Positions 44,238 to 63,301 are shown, counted from the stretch's first letter. The stretch is 64,000 nucleotides of DNA from Eledone cirrhosa (GCA_964016885.1 CAXHJY010001325.1:6373-70372); one strand, 5' to 3'. Notes: generated by a model from the letters alone, not told the origin. Numbers and translations: made by a program.

Positions 44238-44290
44238 CATATATATATACATATATATACATACATATATATATATATATATATACATAT

Positions 44291-44967
44291 ATAACGCACT
44301 AGATATCTCTCTCTGGTGTGTTACCTTCTCAACATATTATATTCTAAAGGGCTCAGGATCTCTTCCCCTTTGAGCACATTATTTACAGGGAATAACGACG
44401 GCCTATGCCTCCGTTAATTTATCGTGATATTTCGCTCCTAACAACAGCCTTTCCTAACTCTGTTTGGTTGAGCACTCTTCTCTGAGTGGCTTTGGGCTGC
44501 CCTTTCTAGCAGTTCGTCTCTCAGAGGCCACTGGTTCACTGCCCTTAAACACGCTGTGACTTCTCTCTCCCACCTGTAGCTGGACAGTCAATTGTAAAAT
44601 TCTCTTAGTGTTGTCTGAAATGTATGGCCTTACACACGCTGATGAACCGAGACTAACATTTCTTTCAACAATTTTTCTGGCGAAACATATCTCTGGATTT
44701 GTACGTGTGTTATATAGTTATAAAGGTATTTATTTACGCTTTAATTGATATTTTTAATTATCGTGTCTATAGTCTGCCTTTCATAGGTTATAGATTCCAT
44801 ACACTGGTGGTTTTTTTTCCCTGTATTATTGATAACGCACTAGATATCTCTCTCTGGTGTGTTACCTTCTCAACATATTATATTCTAAAGGGCACAGGAT
44901 CTCTTCCCCTTTGAGCACATTATTTACAGGGAATAACGACGGCCTATGCATCCGTTAATTTATCGTG
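44291..44967 (+). mobile_element. Retrozyme-like non-coding unit: 541-bp period with 136-bp terminal direct repeats
   Basis: 44291-44426 matches 44832-44967; central hammerhead; TA flanks. Confidence 0.65.
44632..44710 (+). ncRNA. Type I hammerhead with true stem III (HH-I)
   Basis: ACACACG-CTGATGA-stem II-GAAA-CATATC-TCTG-GATTTG-TA-CGTGTGT. Confidence 0.8.
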
Positions 44968-46937
<1,970 letters not shown>

Positions 46938-47526
46938 ATGGTGGCTGCCAACTCGTTTTCGAGTACGGCCACTACTTTATATCCATGTAGGAGAACCCCT
47001 ACGGATGCGCTGAACGAGTGTGACTTTTTAGTCCAGCCAGCGATTTGAAAACTCTGGTACAAACACTGCACTTGTGACGATTATTGACACATAGTGCTGG
47101 GCCCATGGTACCATGTGACGACAAGTGCAGAGAGATCTCCAGATATAAAGCAATGCTTGTGCCGTGAAGCTTTTATAGTGAGCAAAGTCACTGCACAAAG
47201 CCAGTCCCACTCTCTTAAACAAGATGATATTTACCAAAAAGAAGAACAAGTCAACATCATTGGATACCATCAGGGTTGCAGGTTATATCAGAGTTTTCCT
47301 TCTCCTAGAATTCTGCCTTGACAAAGGCTAAGGGGTCATCTCTCCCGGTGATTTTGAGCTCCATTACACTTTGACAGGTTTTGTTTTTAGTCCTGCAGGA
47401 TGTCCAAAGTCACCCTCCTCACCAAGAAACCTTGGTGGGGTTGCCAGTTTAGTCACCAACGACCCGACCATGAGACAGGTTGTACTGGGATATATGTTAC
47501 CAGTAGCACCAACTGGTGACTTGACA
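46938..47526 (-). mobile_element. Element A copy 5
   Basis: Homologous to 2525-3136 with a small internal deletion. Confidence 0.75.
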
Positions 47527-47546
47527 TATACATATATATATATATA

Positions 47547-49460
47547 TAATGAAAAATTTGAACGGGGACAGAACAGAGAGGCAGTACAATAAATGTTTAT
47601 TAAATTCACGCTCAGGAGAGTGGGGGGTAGGTGGGGGACGACGTTTCGGGCATAAGCCCTTCCTTAGGTGGGAAGTGTGTGGGAACAGAGTTCAAAAGGT
47701 GTGTAGGGGAGTGGTGGAGAGACATATAGCGAAAGGAAACGGTGCGAATGAACAATTAACAAATAAAGACAAAAAATATCAAAAATAAAAATAAAGCATG
47801 ATCAAAATACAAGGAATGAGAAAATTTAAAAATAAAGGCATGATCAAAATAAACTGAAATTAAAAGAGGGGTAAACAGGTGGTGGAAGGGTGTGGGGTGA
47901 GTAGGGGTGGTGGCGGGTGGAGTGGGGAGAGGGAGACGGGGTGTCCGAGCGGGGAGGGCTGAAGGTGGTGTGTGTGTGTAGGTGTGCGTGTGTGTGTGTG
48001 TGTGTATGTGAAAGTGAGGGTTGGGGGAAGAACGGGGTTGCATGTTCAGGAAGAGGTGTGTTTTTGTGGGTCGGAGTGTCTGTGCGTGTGTGGATAGAGG
48101 GTGGGGGGAGAGGAATCGGGAGGCTGAGGGTGTAAATATGTGGTGGGAAGCACGTGTGTGTGGGGTTTAAGCGTGTTGTGGGTGTGGGTGGCGTGTGGAG
48201 AAAAAAAATTTTTTGGGGGGGTGTGTGTGTGGGTGAGTAATATAGGTGATGGCGTAAGAGGATGGTTGAAAAGTTGGTAAGTTCCACGGATGTTTGGAGA
48301 TTTGGTTATAAGTCAATTTCGCGTGTGGGTAATCCAAGAAGCGGTGGTCGGAAGAGGAGAGATGTGGGGTGCGCGCGCAACAGGAAGTGGTCAGCAGTGG
48401 GAGTGCTGTAGTCAACAGTGGGAGTGCATTGGTCAGTTGGTGCTGGGAGGTGGTCGGAAGGGCATAGCAGCAGTCGGTGGAATGGTAGGGAGGCGAGGAT
48501 GGGTAGGTGTGAGAGTTGGAGTGAGGAGGGTGTGTGTGTGTGTGTGTGTGTGTATTAGTAGGGGTGTTAGTGGGATGAGTGAGTGTGGAGCGGGGGTGTG
48601 GGTGGAGCGGGGAGAGAAGGGTGTGTGTGGTTGTATGGAGGGAGTGTGGTGTACTGGTGTGTGTGTAGTTTGGTGAAGAGGTGTTAGTGGGTGTTAGTAT
48701 ACGGGTGGTGGGGAGGGCTGGAATGCAGGTGTGAGTGGGGGTTAGTGGTGGTAGGGTGTGTAGAGTTGGTGGTGTACGAGGGTGTGTGGGTACGCGTGCG
48801 TGGGGTTGGGGGGTATTAGTGATGTTAGTTGCGTGTGGGGTGGGTGGTGTAAGTGGGTGCGAGGGTGCGTGTGATAAGGAGGGGGAGGAGGAGAAGGGGG
48901 AGGAGGAGAAGAGGGGAGGGAAGGGATGTTAGTATGTTAGTTGGGGAAGGGTGGTCAGATGAGGGGTGGAGTGGAGGTGTTAGTATTGTTAGTGTGGGGT
49001 GGGCGGTGAAAAAGAGAGGTGTGTTAGTGGTGGATAAGTGTGGGGGGAGGGGGGCGGTTGAACGCTAAAGGAATAAGGGTGGGGAGTTCAGGCCGGGGGG
49101 AGTGTGGGTCTGTAAGATGAAGATGGTGCGTTGTTCGACCGTAAGGCGATGGGCGGGTGTTTCGTGGCACTGGAGTAGGCCACAGACTGTGAGATGGTGT
49201 GCGGAGTGTCCAGGGCCACCAAAGTGGCGGGCGATGGGGGAAATGCCCCCGAGACGAATATCCCGGAGGTGCTCCGTGACTCGGTCCGCCAGGCGACATC
49301 CCGTCTGTCCGACATAAATCGCGCTGCACTCCATGCAGCGAAGTCCGTAGACTAGGTTGGAGGAGGTGCAGCGGAAGGCATGCCGGACCGAGAGAGAGTG
49401 GCCGTTGGGACCCTGGAAGGTGGTGGTGTTGGTGATGTGGGGACAGGTGTTGAAGCGGGA

Positions 49461-49461
<1 letters not shown>
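47547..49461 (-). mobile_element. 5'-truncated PLE-3 (Neptune-like): GIY-YIG 49065-49461, long C-rich UTR, degenerate hammerhead 47637-47670
   Basis: [43 protein letters not shown]; CTAAGGA-A-GGGC-TTAT-GCCC-GAAA-CGTCG-TC; clade assignment tentative. Confidence 0.82.
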
Positions 49462-49523
<62 letters not shown>

Positions 49524-49558
49524 CATATATACATATACATATATATATATATATATAT

Positions 49559-49679
<121 letters not shown>

Positions 49680-49692
49680 CATATATATATAC

Positions 49693-49748
<56 letters not shown>

Positions 49749-49750
49749 GC

Positions 49751-49783
<33 letters not shown>

Positions 49784-49784
49784 C

Positions 49785-49815
<31 letters not shown>

Positions 49816-49848
49816 CATATATATATACATATATATATATATATATGC

Positions 49849-49879
<31 letters not shown>

Positions 49880-49892
49880 CATATATATATGC

Positions 49893-49923
<31 letters not shown>

Positions 49924-49956
49924 CATATATACATATATATATACATATATATATAC

Positions 49957-49987
<31 letters not shown>

Positions 49988-50000
49988 CATATATATATAC

Positions 50001-50050
<50 letters not shown>

Positions 50051-50124
50051 ATATACATATATATATACATATATATATATACATATATATATATACATAT
50101 ATATATATACATATATATATATAC

Positions 50125-50171
<47 letters not shown>

Positions 50172-50222
50172 CATATATATATATACATATATATATATAC
50201 ATATACATATATATATATATAC

Positions 50223-50265
<43 letters not shown>

Positions 50266-50272
50266 CATATAC

Positions 50273-50325
<53 letters not shown>

Positions 50326-50336
50326 CATATATATAC

Positions 50337-50367
<31 letters not shown>

Positions 50368-50451
50368 CATATATATACATATATATATACATATATATAT
50401 ATATATACATATATATACATACATATATACATACATATATACATATATATA

Positions 50452-50486
<35 letters not shown>

Positions 50487-50506
50487 TTATATATACATAT
50501 ATATAC

Positions 50507-50555
<49 letters not shown>

Positions 50556-50614
50556 CATATATATATATACATATACATATATATATATATATATACATAT
50601 ATATACATCTTCAT

Positions 50615-50691
50615 ATATTAGTTTTGCGAGGTTTTTGATATGAAATGGTGTGTCGAAACAAATATTGTTTTACTTGGGGAGAGTCATATTT
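50615..50691 (-). mobile_element. Terminal fragment of PLE-4 family
   Basis: Matches 58608-58684. Confidence 0.7.
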
Positions 50692-52183
50692 GTAGTAGGT
50701 TTTACTGAGTACCGCCAAAGGTCTCGGTCCAGTGACATTGTCTTGGAGAGGTGTAAGTGTGTGAGGTCGGAATTTATCAGCTCGTCCCAGGTTTTTCTGG
50801 GTCTGCCTACTCTGTGGCTACCGTCTATCTTTATTGCCCTGCACTTTGCTATACAGCTGTCATCTTTCATGCGCATCACGTGACCATACCAACGTAGCCT
50901 TCTCTCGAGTAAACAACATCTGATCCCTCTTATTTCTAATTTTTTCCTTAGTTCGTTTATGCTTTGCCGTTCGCGTATATTACTATTACACATCCAGCGG
51001 AGCATGCAAGCTTCGTTCCTCTCTAGTCTGCGTATATCCTCTGCACACAATGCCCAGGTCTCACTGCCATGCAACATTGCTGCTCGTATGCAGGCATCAT
51101 ACAACCTGCCTTTCATTTTTAGGGAGAACCCTTTAGCGGCTAATAGTGGTATAAGCTCTCTGAACTTTTTCCATCCAGTTCTGACTCTAGCTACTGTACT
51201 TTCAGAGCACCCTCCCCCACTGCTGATTTTGTCACCCAGGTAATGGAAGCTGTCCATTATTTCTATAGAACCCTCTGCGCAGTTGAAAGAGCTAGTATTT
51301 TGTGGGCAATTGCTGCTACTTATTGCACCAGAGCACCGGCCACATGTAAAATCTGTGTTCTTAGTTAGTTTACCTGTGATCCCACTACATCTTTTATGCA
51401 CCCATACTTTACATTTGGGACATAAAATGGAGTTTCTACCTACGCCTTTCCTACACACTGAGCATGGCGATTTCCCGGAAGGGACCGGCGCCTTATTTTC
51501 TTTCCTACAAACTAGAACTTTAGTCTTAGCCAGGTTAATTTTAAGGCCTTTTGATTCTAGGCCGTGCTTCCATGTTTGGAATTTCTTCTCTAGCTCGGCC
51601 ATTGATTCAGCTATGAGCGTTAAGTCATCTGCGTATAGGAGTTCCCATGGGCAGCCGGTCTTGAACTCCTCTGTTATAGAGCTATACATGGCTTGTATAG
51701 CTCTCACAAGCCATTCGTCAACACCTAGTTTTCTAACAGCCCACCAGATAATGGAACGGGGGACTCTGTCGAAGGCTTTCTCCAAGTCAACAAAAGCTAA
51801 GTATAGGGGTTTACTTTTAGCTAGGTACTTCTCCTGTAGTTGTCGTACAATGAAAAGAGCGTCTGTGGTACTTTTGCCTGACACAAAACCGAACTGCATT
51901 TCATCTAGATCAATTCTCTCTCTGATTAGTTGCGCTATAACTTTTTCCGTGACCTTCATGACCTGGTCGATTAATTTAATGCCTCTATAGTTACTCCTAT
52001 CTAGGGCATCTCCTTACCATTGTAACAGTTAATGATGATGCTGTTACGCCAGTCCTTCGGAACAACCCCATTCTGTATGACTTGGTTTACTATCCGGGTG
52101 ACCATCGTGTGTCCCACCGTTCCAGAGGCTTTCAGCATCTCAGCAACTATTTCCGAAGGCCCAGCCGCCTTACCCATCTTCAT
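50692..52183 (-). mobile_element. RTE-a fragment with internal deletion removing the QG motif
   Basis: AMY-SS-ITEEF junction near 51680; otherwise nearly identical to the 42-43 kb copy. Confidence 0.9.
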
Positions 52184-52299
52184 ATGTATATATATATATA
52201 TATATGTATATATATGTATATATATATGTATATATATGTATATATATATGTATATATATGTATATATATATGTATATATATATGTATATATATGTATAT

Positions 52300-52701
52300 A
52301 AATATATAGTAAAACCTACTCCAGCCAGTAGGCATCTCTAACAAAATACACCCCGTCCCACCACCCCCACCCCCACCCCATCCACACCACCCCGTTCTAT
52401 GTAAAGTTATGTTGGTGCCGCGCCATCGAGGCCGAAACAAATGAGATCGTGTAGGTGTCACGACAAAAAAACACACAGTCCACGCTGTAATGTGGCCGTG
52501 TAGGCAACACGGTAAAAACCTCCCAGACCCACACTGTAAATGTGGTTGGTGTTAGGAAGGGCATCCAACTGTAGAAAACCTGCCAGACAGTCCTATGCGA
52601 GCAAGACAATCACTCTTGCCTCAAGTGGGACTACCCCCGTCCAAACCCATGCAAGCGTGGAACACGGACGTTAAACGTTGATGATGATGATGATGATGAT
52701 G
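52300..52701 (+). mobile_element. RTE-a 3' UTR-only insertion
   Basis: Reverse complement of 76-470. Confidence 0.88.
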
Positions 52702-52736
<35 letters not shown>

Positions 52737-52793
52737 GTATATATATGTATATATATATGTATATATATGTATATATATATATATATATGTATA

Positions 52794-52886
<93 letters not shown>

Positions 52887-53081
52887 GTATATATATATAT
52901 CTCTATATATATATATGTATATATATGTATATATATGTATATATATATATGTATATATATATATGTGTATATATAGTATTAATAGTATATTAATATATAT
53001 AATAGTATATATATTGAAGAAACAATTGTAAGCAGATAAATTATTTAAACAGAACTTTGTTTCATGTAATCTCTATATGTG

Positions 53082-53120
<39 letters not shown>

Positions 53121-53125
53121 GTACA

Positions 53126-53159
<34 letters not shown>

Positions 53160-53219
53160 CACATATATATATATATATATTCGCCTTATATATATATATA
53201 TATATATACACATATATAT

Positions 53220-53443
53220 AGATAAATCTACCAAGAGTTTACGGTAGTGTCTGCGTATAGGAGTTCCCATGGGCAGCCGGTCTTGAAGTCCACTGTTATA
53301 GCCTGAAGGGCAATAATAAATAGTAGGGGGCTAAGAACAGAGCCCTGATGTACACCAACTTTTACACTAAACTCTTCACTATATTCGTTGTTAATTCTAA
53401 CCTTGCTGACTGTTTCTTTATACATGGCTTGTATAGCTCTCAC
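53220..53443 (-). mobile_element. Chimera: 30-bp HH-A terminus fused to an internal RTE RT fragment
   Basis: AGATAAATCTACC...GTAGTGTC joined at YAD-encoding sequence. Confidence 0.75.
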
Positions 53444-53451
53444 ATATACAC

Positions 53452-53482
<31 letters not shown>

Positions 53483-53496
53483 TATATATATATTCG

Positions 53497-53539
<43 letters not shown>

Positions 53540-53638
53540 TATATATATATATACACACACGCATATATATATATACACACACGCACATATATATATACAC
53601 ACACGCACACATATATATACACACACGCACACATATAT

Positions 53639-53677
<39 letters not shown>

Positions 53678-53701
53678 CACATACACACACACACACATAT
53701 A

Positions 53702-53744
<43 letters not shown>

Positions 53745-53745
53745 T

Positions 53746-53785
<40 letters not shown>

Positions 53786-53808
53786 TATACACACACACAC
53801 ACACACAA

Positions 53809-53870
<62 letters not shown>

Positions 53871-54110
53871 GCCTAATTTAGGTGTTGCCTCCCTTGCTGA
53901 ACCCCACGTGGGGTCAGTTACAGACACATCTATGTGATCTTTCGAACTGAATCCCGTTGATAAGGCGCACTCCTAGTTCAGTCAGGATACGAGAAACTTA
54001 ACATCCTCTATGTAAGTGGACAGTAAATGACTTATGGAGCCGCAGAAACCCCAACACTGGACTTTACCATCATTCCAGGGGTCCGGTGAGTATAAAACAT
54101 TTATGCTTTC

Positions 54111-57466
<3,356 letters not shown>

Positions 57467-57863
57467 TATTGAATAATGTGACAGGAGGCCAGACTGGTGA
57501 CATTCCTTCAAAGATTTATTTTAGCAAACACTATGTATATCTCAATTGCCAGGTTATGTCAGATCCTGGTGACACCATCAGGTGTTTATTGCATAATAGT
57601 TATATAATAAAGGAATAATGGTAAACACAGAAAAAATGTTTATTACTCAAAGGGTGATCAAAAGGGTCAGTTGTTGCCAGCTTCCCTGTCAACCAAACGA
57701 AAGTAACCTAAGGGCAGTAGCAACAAACTCCCTCTTACACCAATGGCCAGCCAACACAGGCTGGAGATAGAATGTGTAGCAACAAGGATAGTGCCCCTGC
57801 ATGGCCTCAGCCGGATGGCTGGAACAGGTAAAAGAGATGTGTGTGTATATATATATATATATA

Positions 57864-58195
57864 TCATCATCATCATACGTCCGCTTTTCCCTGCCTGCAA
57901 GGGTGGGACGGGAACTGATTCTGGCTTGGTTTCTACAGCTGGATGCCCTTCCTAACACCAACCTCATTTACAGTGAGTGCTGGGTGCTTTTTTGCCGTGA
58001 CACCTCCACGACCACTTTGCAATGGAATGATAGGGATCCCAGTCCCTATCATCTCATTTCTACAGCTGAGGAAACTGGAGCAATGTGAAATAAAGTGTCT
58101 TGCTCAAGGAAACAGCACATCACCCGGTCTGAGAATTGAACTCACAACCTTTCGATTGCAAGGCCAATGCTCTAACCACTAAGCCATGTGCCTCC

Positions 58196-58196
<1 letters not shown>
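57864..58196 (-). mobile_element. Full-length tRNA-headed SINE with RTE-type tail
   Basis: Matches 38515-38857. Confidence 0.88.
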
Positions 58197-58266
<70 letters not shown>

Positions 58267-58267
58267 T

Positions 58268-58550
58268 GTCATCATCATCACCGTTTTCCGTCTATTCTTC
58301 CACGCTAACATGGGTTAGACAGGTTGTCCTGTTGTGAGCAATGTTCGGTCGGCTGAGCTTGTCTTGCTCTTATGGGAACTGGTTTTGGCTTGATTTCTAC
58401 AGCTGGATGCCCTTCTTAACACCAACCTCATTTAGAGTGAGTGCTGGGTGCTTTTTTGCCGTGGCACCTATACGTCCACTTTACAGTGTGGTCTGGGTGC
58501 TTTTTTGTCGTAACACCTCCACGACCACTTTGCAGTGGGAAGGGATGGGG
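58268..58550 (-). mobile_element. RTE-b-like 3' UTR fragment
   Basis: Homologous to 3965-4245. Confidence 0.8.
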
Positions 58551-59125
58551 GCATATATATATATATGTATATATATGTATTTATATATATATATATAGCG
58601 GCGATAAATTAGTTTTGCAAGGTTTTTTATATGAAATCGTGTGTCGAAACAAATATTGTTATACTTGGGGAGGGTCATATTTGTGTAATATTGCCAGAAT
58701 TAATAACAGAACACACTCACTGTTTGGTTGGTTTTCGCTTCTCGCTTCTGTGTCTTTTATATCGGTAATCTAACTTACTCGGTCCTCAATGTTGCCATTG
58801 ACTGACCGACGGTCAAAAATAATACAGATACAATATAGACACAAACACATACATATAGTTTATCATAAATCTTTTGTTGCACATCTGCAACATCGTCAGT
58901 GGTGCTATCGTTTCCTCCTGTTGTATTGTATGTCTACGCCATTTTTATTCAGTCTGTCTATATATTTATTTACTTTTTGTTTATTTTATTTTGTCTTCTT
59001 TGCGCATGTGTTTGCGTGTGTGTATAGTGTTTTGTTTGCTGTGTGATGGGTGACTAGTGTGTGTTTATGTGCTTGTTGTTATTGTGCTTGTGTATGTATT
59101 TATTTATTTTATTTTATTTACTTAT

Positions 59126-62101
59126 TTATACTTCTCTTAGGTCAGTGTTGTTTGTTTGGGTGTTGTTGTTATTCCATTCATTCTTTCTGTTTAGTCTTGG
59201 TCTTCTAATTTCTATTTCACTGGCCTCTCTGATTTGCCTATCTGCTGGGTCATTTCTATGTTTAGATATTATTCTAATTTCTATGTTGTCTATGTTACCG
59301 TCATGTTGTTGTCTAGCATGTTCGTATAGTACTGACCCGTTTTTTCGGCCTTTTAGTTCCCCCCAGTGTTGGTCTATCCTTTCACCTATGCTACGAGCTG
59401 TCTCACCTATGTATGTTGTTGTCATGTTTCTGCAAGTACCATCTGTACAACTTATGCTATAGACTACGTTTCTAGTTTTACAGTTTATCCGGGGGGGGGG
59501 GGGGTTACCTTACATATGATACATTTCCTATTGGTACAGTGGGTTTTCTTAAAAGGGTAGGTTTTGCTGATCAGGGATTTTATGGTGGTTCCTGGCTTTT
59601 CTACTACCTTAATTTTTAAGTGGGTCTTTCTCAGGGCCTTTCTACACTGGTTAGCTAATTTCCCTCCAGGGGTAGCGTCCACAAACATGACACTCTGGTA
59701 TCTCTAGTTGTCGTACCATGAGGTGGCTTTCCCTATCTTATGTCTAGCCCTATCTAAGCTATTCCATGATTTGCTCCTCTATAATGGGCAAATTCCTTTC
59801 ATGTCCAGTTCTATGAGGGTCTTATACTTTTCCATGGCTCCTTCGTATACTCTGACTCTGTCTCTTTGGTTGTAGCCAGAGAACTGCATGCGGTTGATGA
59901 AGTGTAGGATGTGTCCTTCCATTTCTGTTGGGTCGCACATGCGGGACACATTCTTCATCACTCGTACCAAATCTGAGATCAGAATATTAAACCTAGCACT
60001 ACTGGACATTGCTGAGTTTTTGAGTATCAGGTATTTGGAGGCCATGGGTTTAGCATAGTGTGAGTGGAGAATTTGGGCTCTCTCGTCTATAGTGTTAATC
60101 CAGAGTTCTGTGTCTAATACGGGTAGTCTATTGTTAGGGTGTTTGGAAGGGAAGTCGATAGTTACAGTTATACTCTGGTGTATGGAATTAGCTATCTGCT
60201 GGATGCTTTCCATCGTGCTACATTCTAAATCAAACTTGTTAGTGCTCTCTAGTGGCGATGTTCTTATAACTATATTGATATCGTCTACATAACGAGAGTA
60301 CATGATGAGGTCTATGGAGCTCTCATTAAGGAGATTTTTAAGTCTCCTTTCCCACCATACCATGAAAAGGTTGGCAACATCACCAGCTATGCTGACGCCA
60401 ATGGCTGCTCCCTCATTTTGGGTGTAGATCTTCTCGTTGAACTTAAATATGTGGCCCTTTAGGGTAGTTTTGATACTAGCCCCTATTGCATGTGCGACTA
60501 TTTTTCTTACCTGATCATTGTTTTGGGGGGTCCGTATAGCTTTGGTCCACCCAATCCACCTTCCCATGGGAGTCTTTGTTGCCATTGAGGTTATGGTGGG
60601 GGGGTCTACCTCTTATAGGTCTACTAGGGCAGAAACGTCTAAGGTCATGGCTGTCTAGGTAGTCAGTGTCGTAGGTAAGTCTATGTAGGAGGCCCAGTTC
60701 GTCTGTGTCGACGTCGCAGAACTCCACCTCACTCTCAATGATCATCTCCACACATCTTTTCACAGCAAAATCAATGTTAATGGATGGGTACAGTGACACC
60801 ACATCCATGCTGCCTATTATGCAGTTGGATAGGTTCCTGTTTTTGTTGCACTCACTGATTCTGCTGAGGAGGTCCTCTGTACTGTCACATACATCTGGGG
60901 ACATCTTGATTATGGGGCGTATAACCATTGAGAGGAAGTAGGAGATCCTGTAGTTACTAGCTATATTAGCTCCGCATACGGGTCTTGTTGGTGGTCCTGT
61001 TTTCGGGTCGTCGACTGTCTTGTGGTCTTTGCGGAGCCCATACAAGGGTGGTATGCCATTGTTAGACACCTGGAAGTTGTTGGCAGTGCGTCTGCTTGGC
61101 TTTAGGATGTCAGTCCACATCATCATGTGAGCGTTGAGGATTTTCTCTCTCCCATCGTGTGTTTGTTGTGCAATTTCGCTCGTGTTGGTGATGTGGGGTT
61201 GAATAGCCTTGATGTAGTTCGGCATGCTATGTATTGACATCCTACCAGACTTATCCGTGGGTAGACATACTACCTCACCATCCCTTGTGCGCTGCTTGAG
61301 GCTCACCAAGCCTTCTACAGATTTCCTCCCAAGTTGTTGGGCCTCTGGTCTGCTCTGTCTTTTAGTATACCTGTCTACTATTTGTCTAATCTTATTTCTA
61401 GCTATGGTGAACTGTGCCTCTGTCTCGTTATCTATTTGTTGTGGTATGCAAACTCTTTTATTAAAGGGTAACCTCGTAGGATAGATATTACCCATCTTAT
61501 ATGTTTTGTCAGCTGGGTTGAAAAATAGTTTCTCTAAGGGGTTGTCATTATATCTATCGTCATAGTTGTGTGTGTTGCTATTATTGTTATCATGGTGGTT
61601 GTTGTTGTTTCTATCATTAGCATTATTATTATTGTTATGATTGCTAGATGTATTGTTGTTTACTTCACCGTTATTGTTGTTGTTACTGTTATTTCTACCA
61701 TTGTGGTTGTTACTTTTATTATGTTTCTTGTTTTTGTTGTGTCTATCATTGATGTTGCTACATGTACTATTTCCATTATTACCACTGTGGTTATTGTTGT
61801 TGTTGTTCGTATTGTTACCGTTATTACTACTGTGGTCGCTGCTGCTGTGTCTGTGGTTAATGTTTTTATTATTATTATTATTGTGGTTGTTGTTGTTCTG
61901 TCTATCGTTAGTATTATTACCATTATTACTATTTCTCATTTTCCTGCTATTGTTATTGTTATGGCTGTTATTTCTATACTCAGAGTTATTGTTTATATTA
62001 CTACTACCGTTATTATTGTTGTTGTTGTTGTTGTTGTTGTTTACCTTTGCATTCCAACGTATTTTTGTGAAACACTTTTCCAGCTCCGTTTTGCACTCCA
62101 T
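59126..62101 (-). pseudogene. PLE polyprotein (Asn-rich insert, RT, GIY-YIG) broken by a few frameshifts/stops
   Basis: [57 protein letters not shown]; breaks at G-runs near 60600 and 59495. Confidence 0.88.
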
Positions 62102-62621
62102 AGGGTTAATCTTTTTGTAGATGGCAAATGTTGGTGGTAGCCGCAGGATTTGTTATTCTTCTTCACTGATTAAAGTGTTCCCATAAATATTTACTGTGTG
62201 GTCATTGGTAAATTCTTCCGGTAGTTTTACATCAGTCATACGGATATTGTTGATGTTATCTGGGTATTTTTGAGAATATTCTATTTTCCTTTCTTGTAGT
62301 TTTTTTCTTATTCATCCATTCTAATTTCTTATTGAAATGCCTATTGCATTCGTTTCGGGCGTATTTCTTTTCACGTCGGATGACGCTCATGAAGTCACCC
62401 GTTTGGTGTGGTGAGATTTCGGACTTCCTTACCGTTAATGCGTTTCTGTCTGTAAAGTTCGTTGACTTTTGTGTATGTTGTTCTTTTCCTATTAACTGTT
62501 ATTGTGTGTTTTAGTCGTTCAGCTTGTGTTTTGTTCAATAATAAATTATTTACTTGTTTTGATATGTTTGTCGTGTATATTTTGGAGGAAATAGTGTTTT
62601 AAGAAGCGGATTTGTTCGATA

Positions 62622-62666
62622 GCACCACTGACGATGTTGCAGATGTGCAACGAAAGATTTATGATA
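62622..62666 (+). ncRNA. Minimal type I hammerhead (HH-K); sister copy 58861-58904 (-) has GAAA changed to AAAA
   Basis: CTGACGA-T-GTTGCA-GATG-TGCAAC-GAAA-GATT-TA; stem I weak. Confidence 0.62.
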
Positions 62667-62859
62667 AACTATATATATGTGTTTGTGTCTATATTGTATC
62701 TGTATTATTTTTGACCGTCGGTCAGTCAATGGCAGCATTGAGGACCGAGTAAGTTAGATTACCGATATAAAAGACACAGAAGCGAGAAGCGAAAACCAAC
62801 CAAACAGTGAGTGTGTTCTGTTATTAATTCTGGCAATATTACACAAATATGACCCTCCC

Positions 62860-62952
<93 letters not shown>

Positions 62953-63105
62953 TGGTAAACGGAATAGAAAATGCTGACAAATTGTTCACAGTTGAAAAAT
63001 GGTTTAATTAGGAATAAAAGAGTATTAGTGATTGTATGGGTTAGTATTCAGTTGTGGTTTTAAGTTTTTACCGGTTGCGCATTTTTTCAAAAATAATTTT
63101 GAGAG

Positions 63106-63138
<33 letters not shown>

Positions 63139-63164
63139 TATATATATATATATATTATATATTA

Positions 63165-63207
<43 letters not shown>

Positions 63208-63269
63208 ATATTATATATATTATATATATATATATATATTATATATTATATATATTATATATATTATAT

Positions 63270-63301
<32 letters not shown>

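Larger units (their letters stand above)
58597..62863 (-). mobile_element. Near-full-length Penelope-like element PLE-4 with inverted terminal repeat copy (58664-58910 / 62617-62863)
   Basis: RT plus GIY-YIG on minus strand; ~247-bp inverted repeats carrying a hammerhead. Confidence 0.9.

Noticed and set aside
61568-62140. Hydrophobic Leu/Val-rich ORFs on the plus strand
   Set aside because: Antisense of the Asn-rich PLE insert
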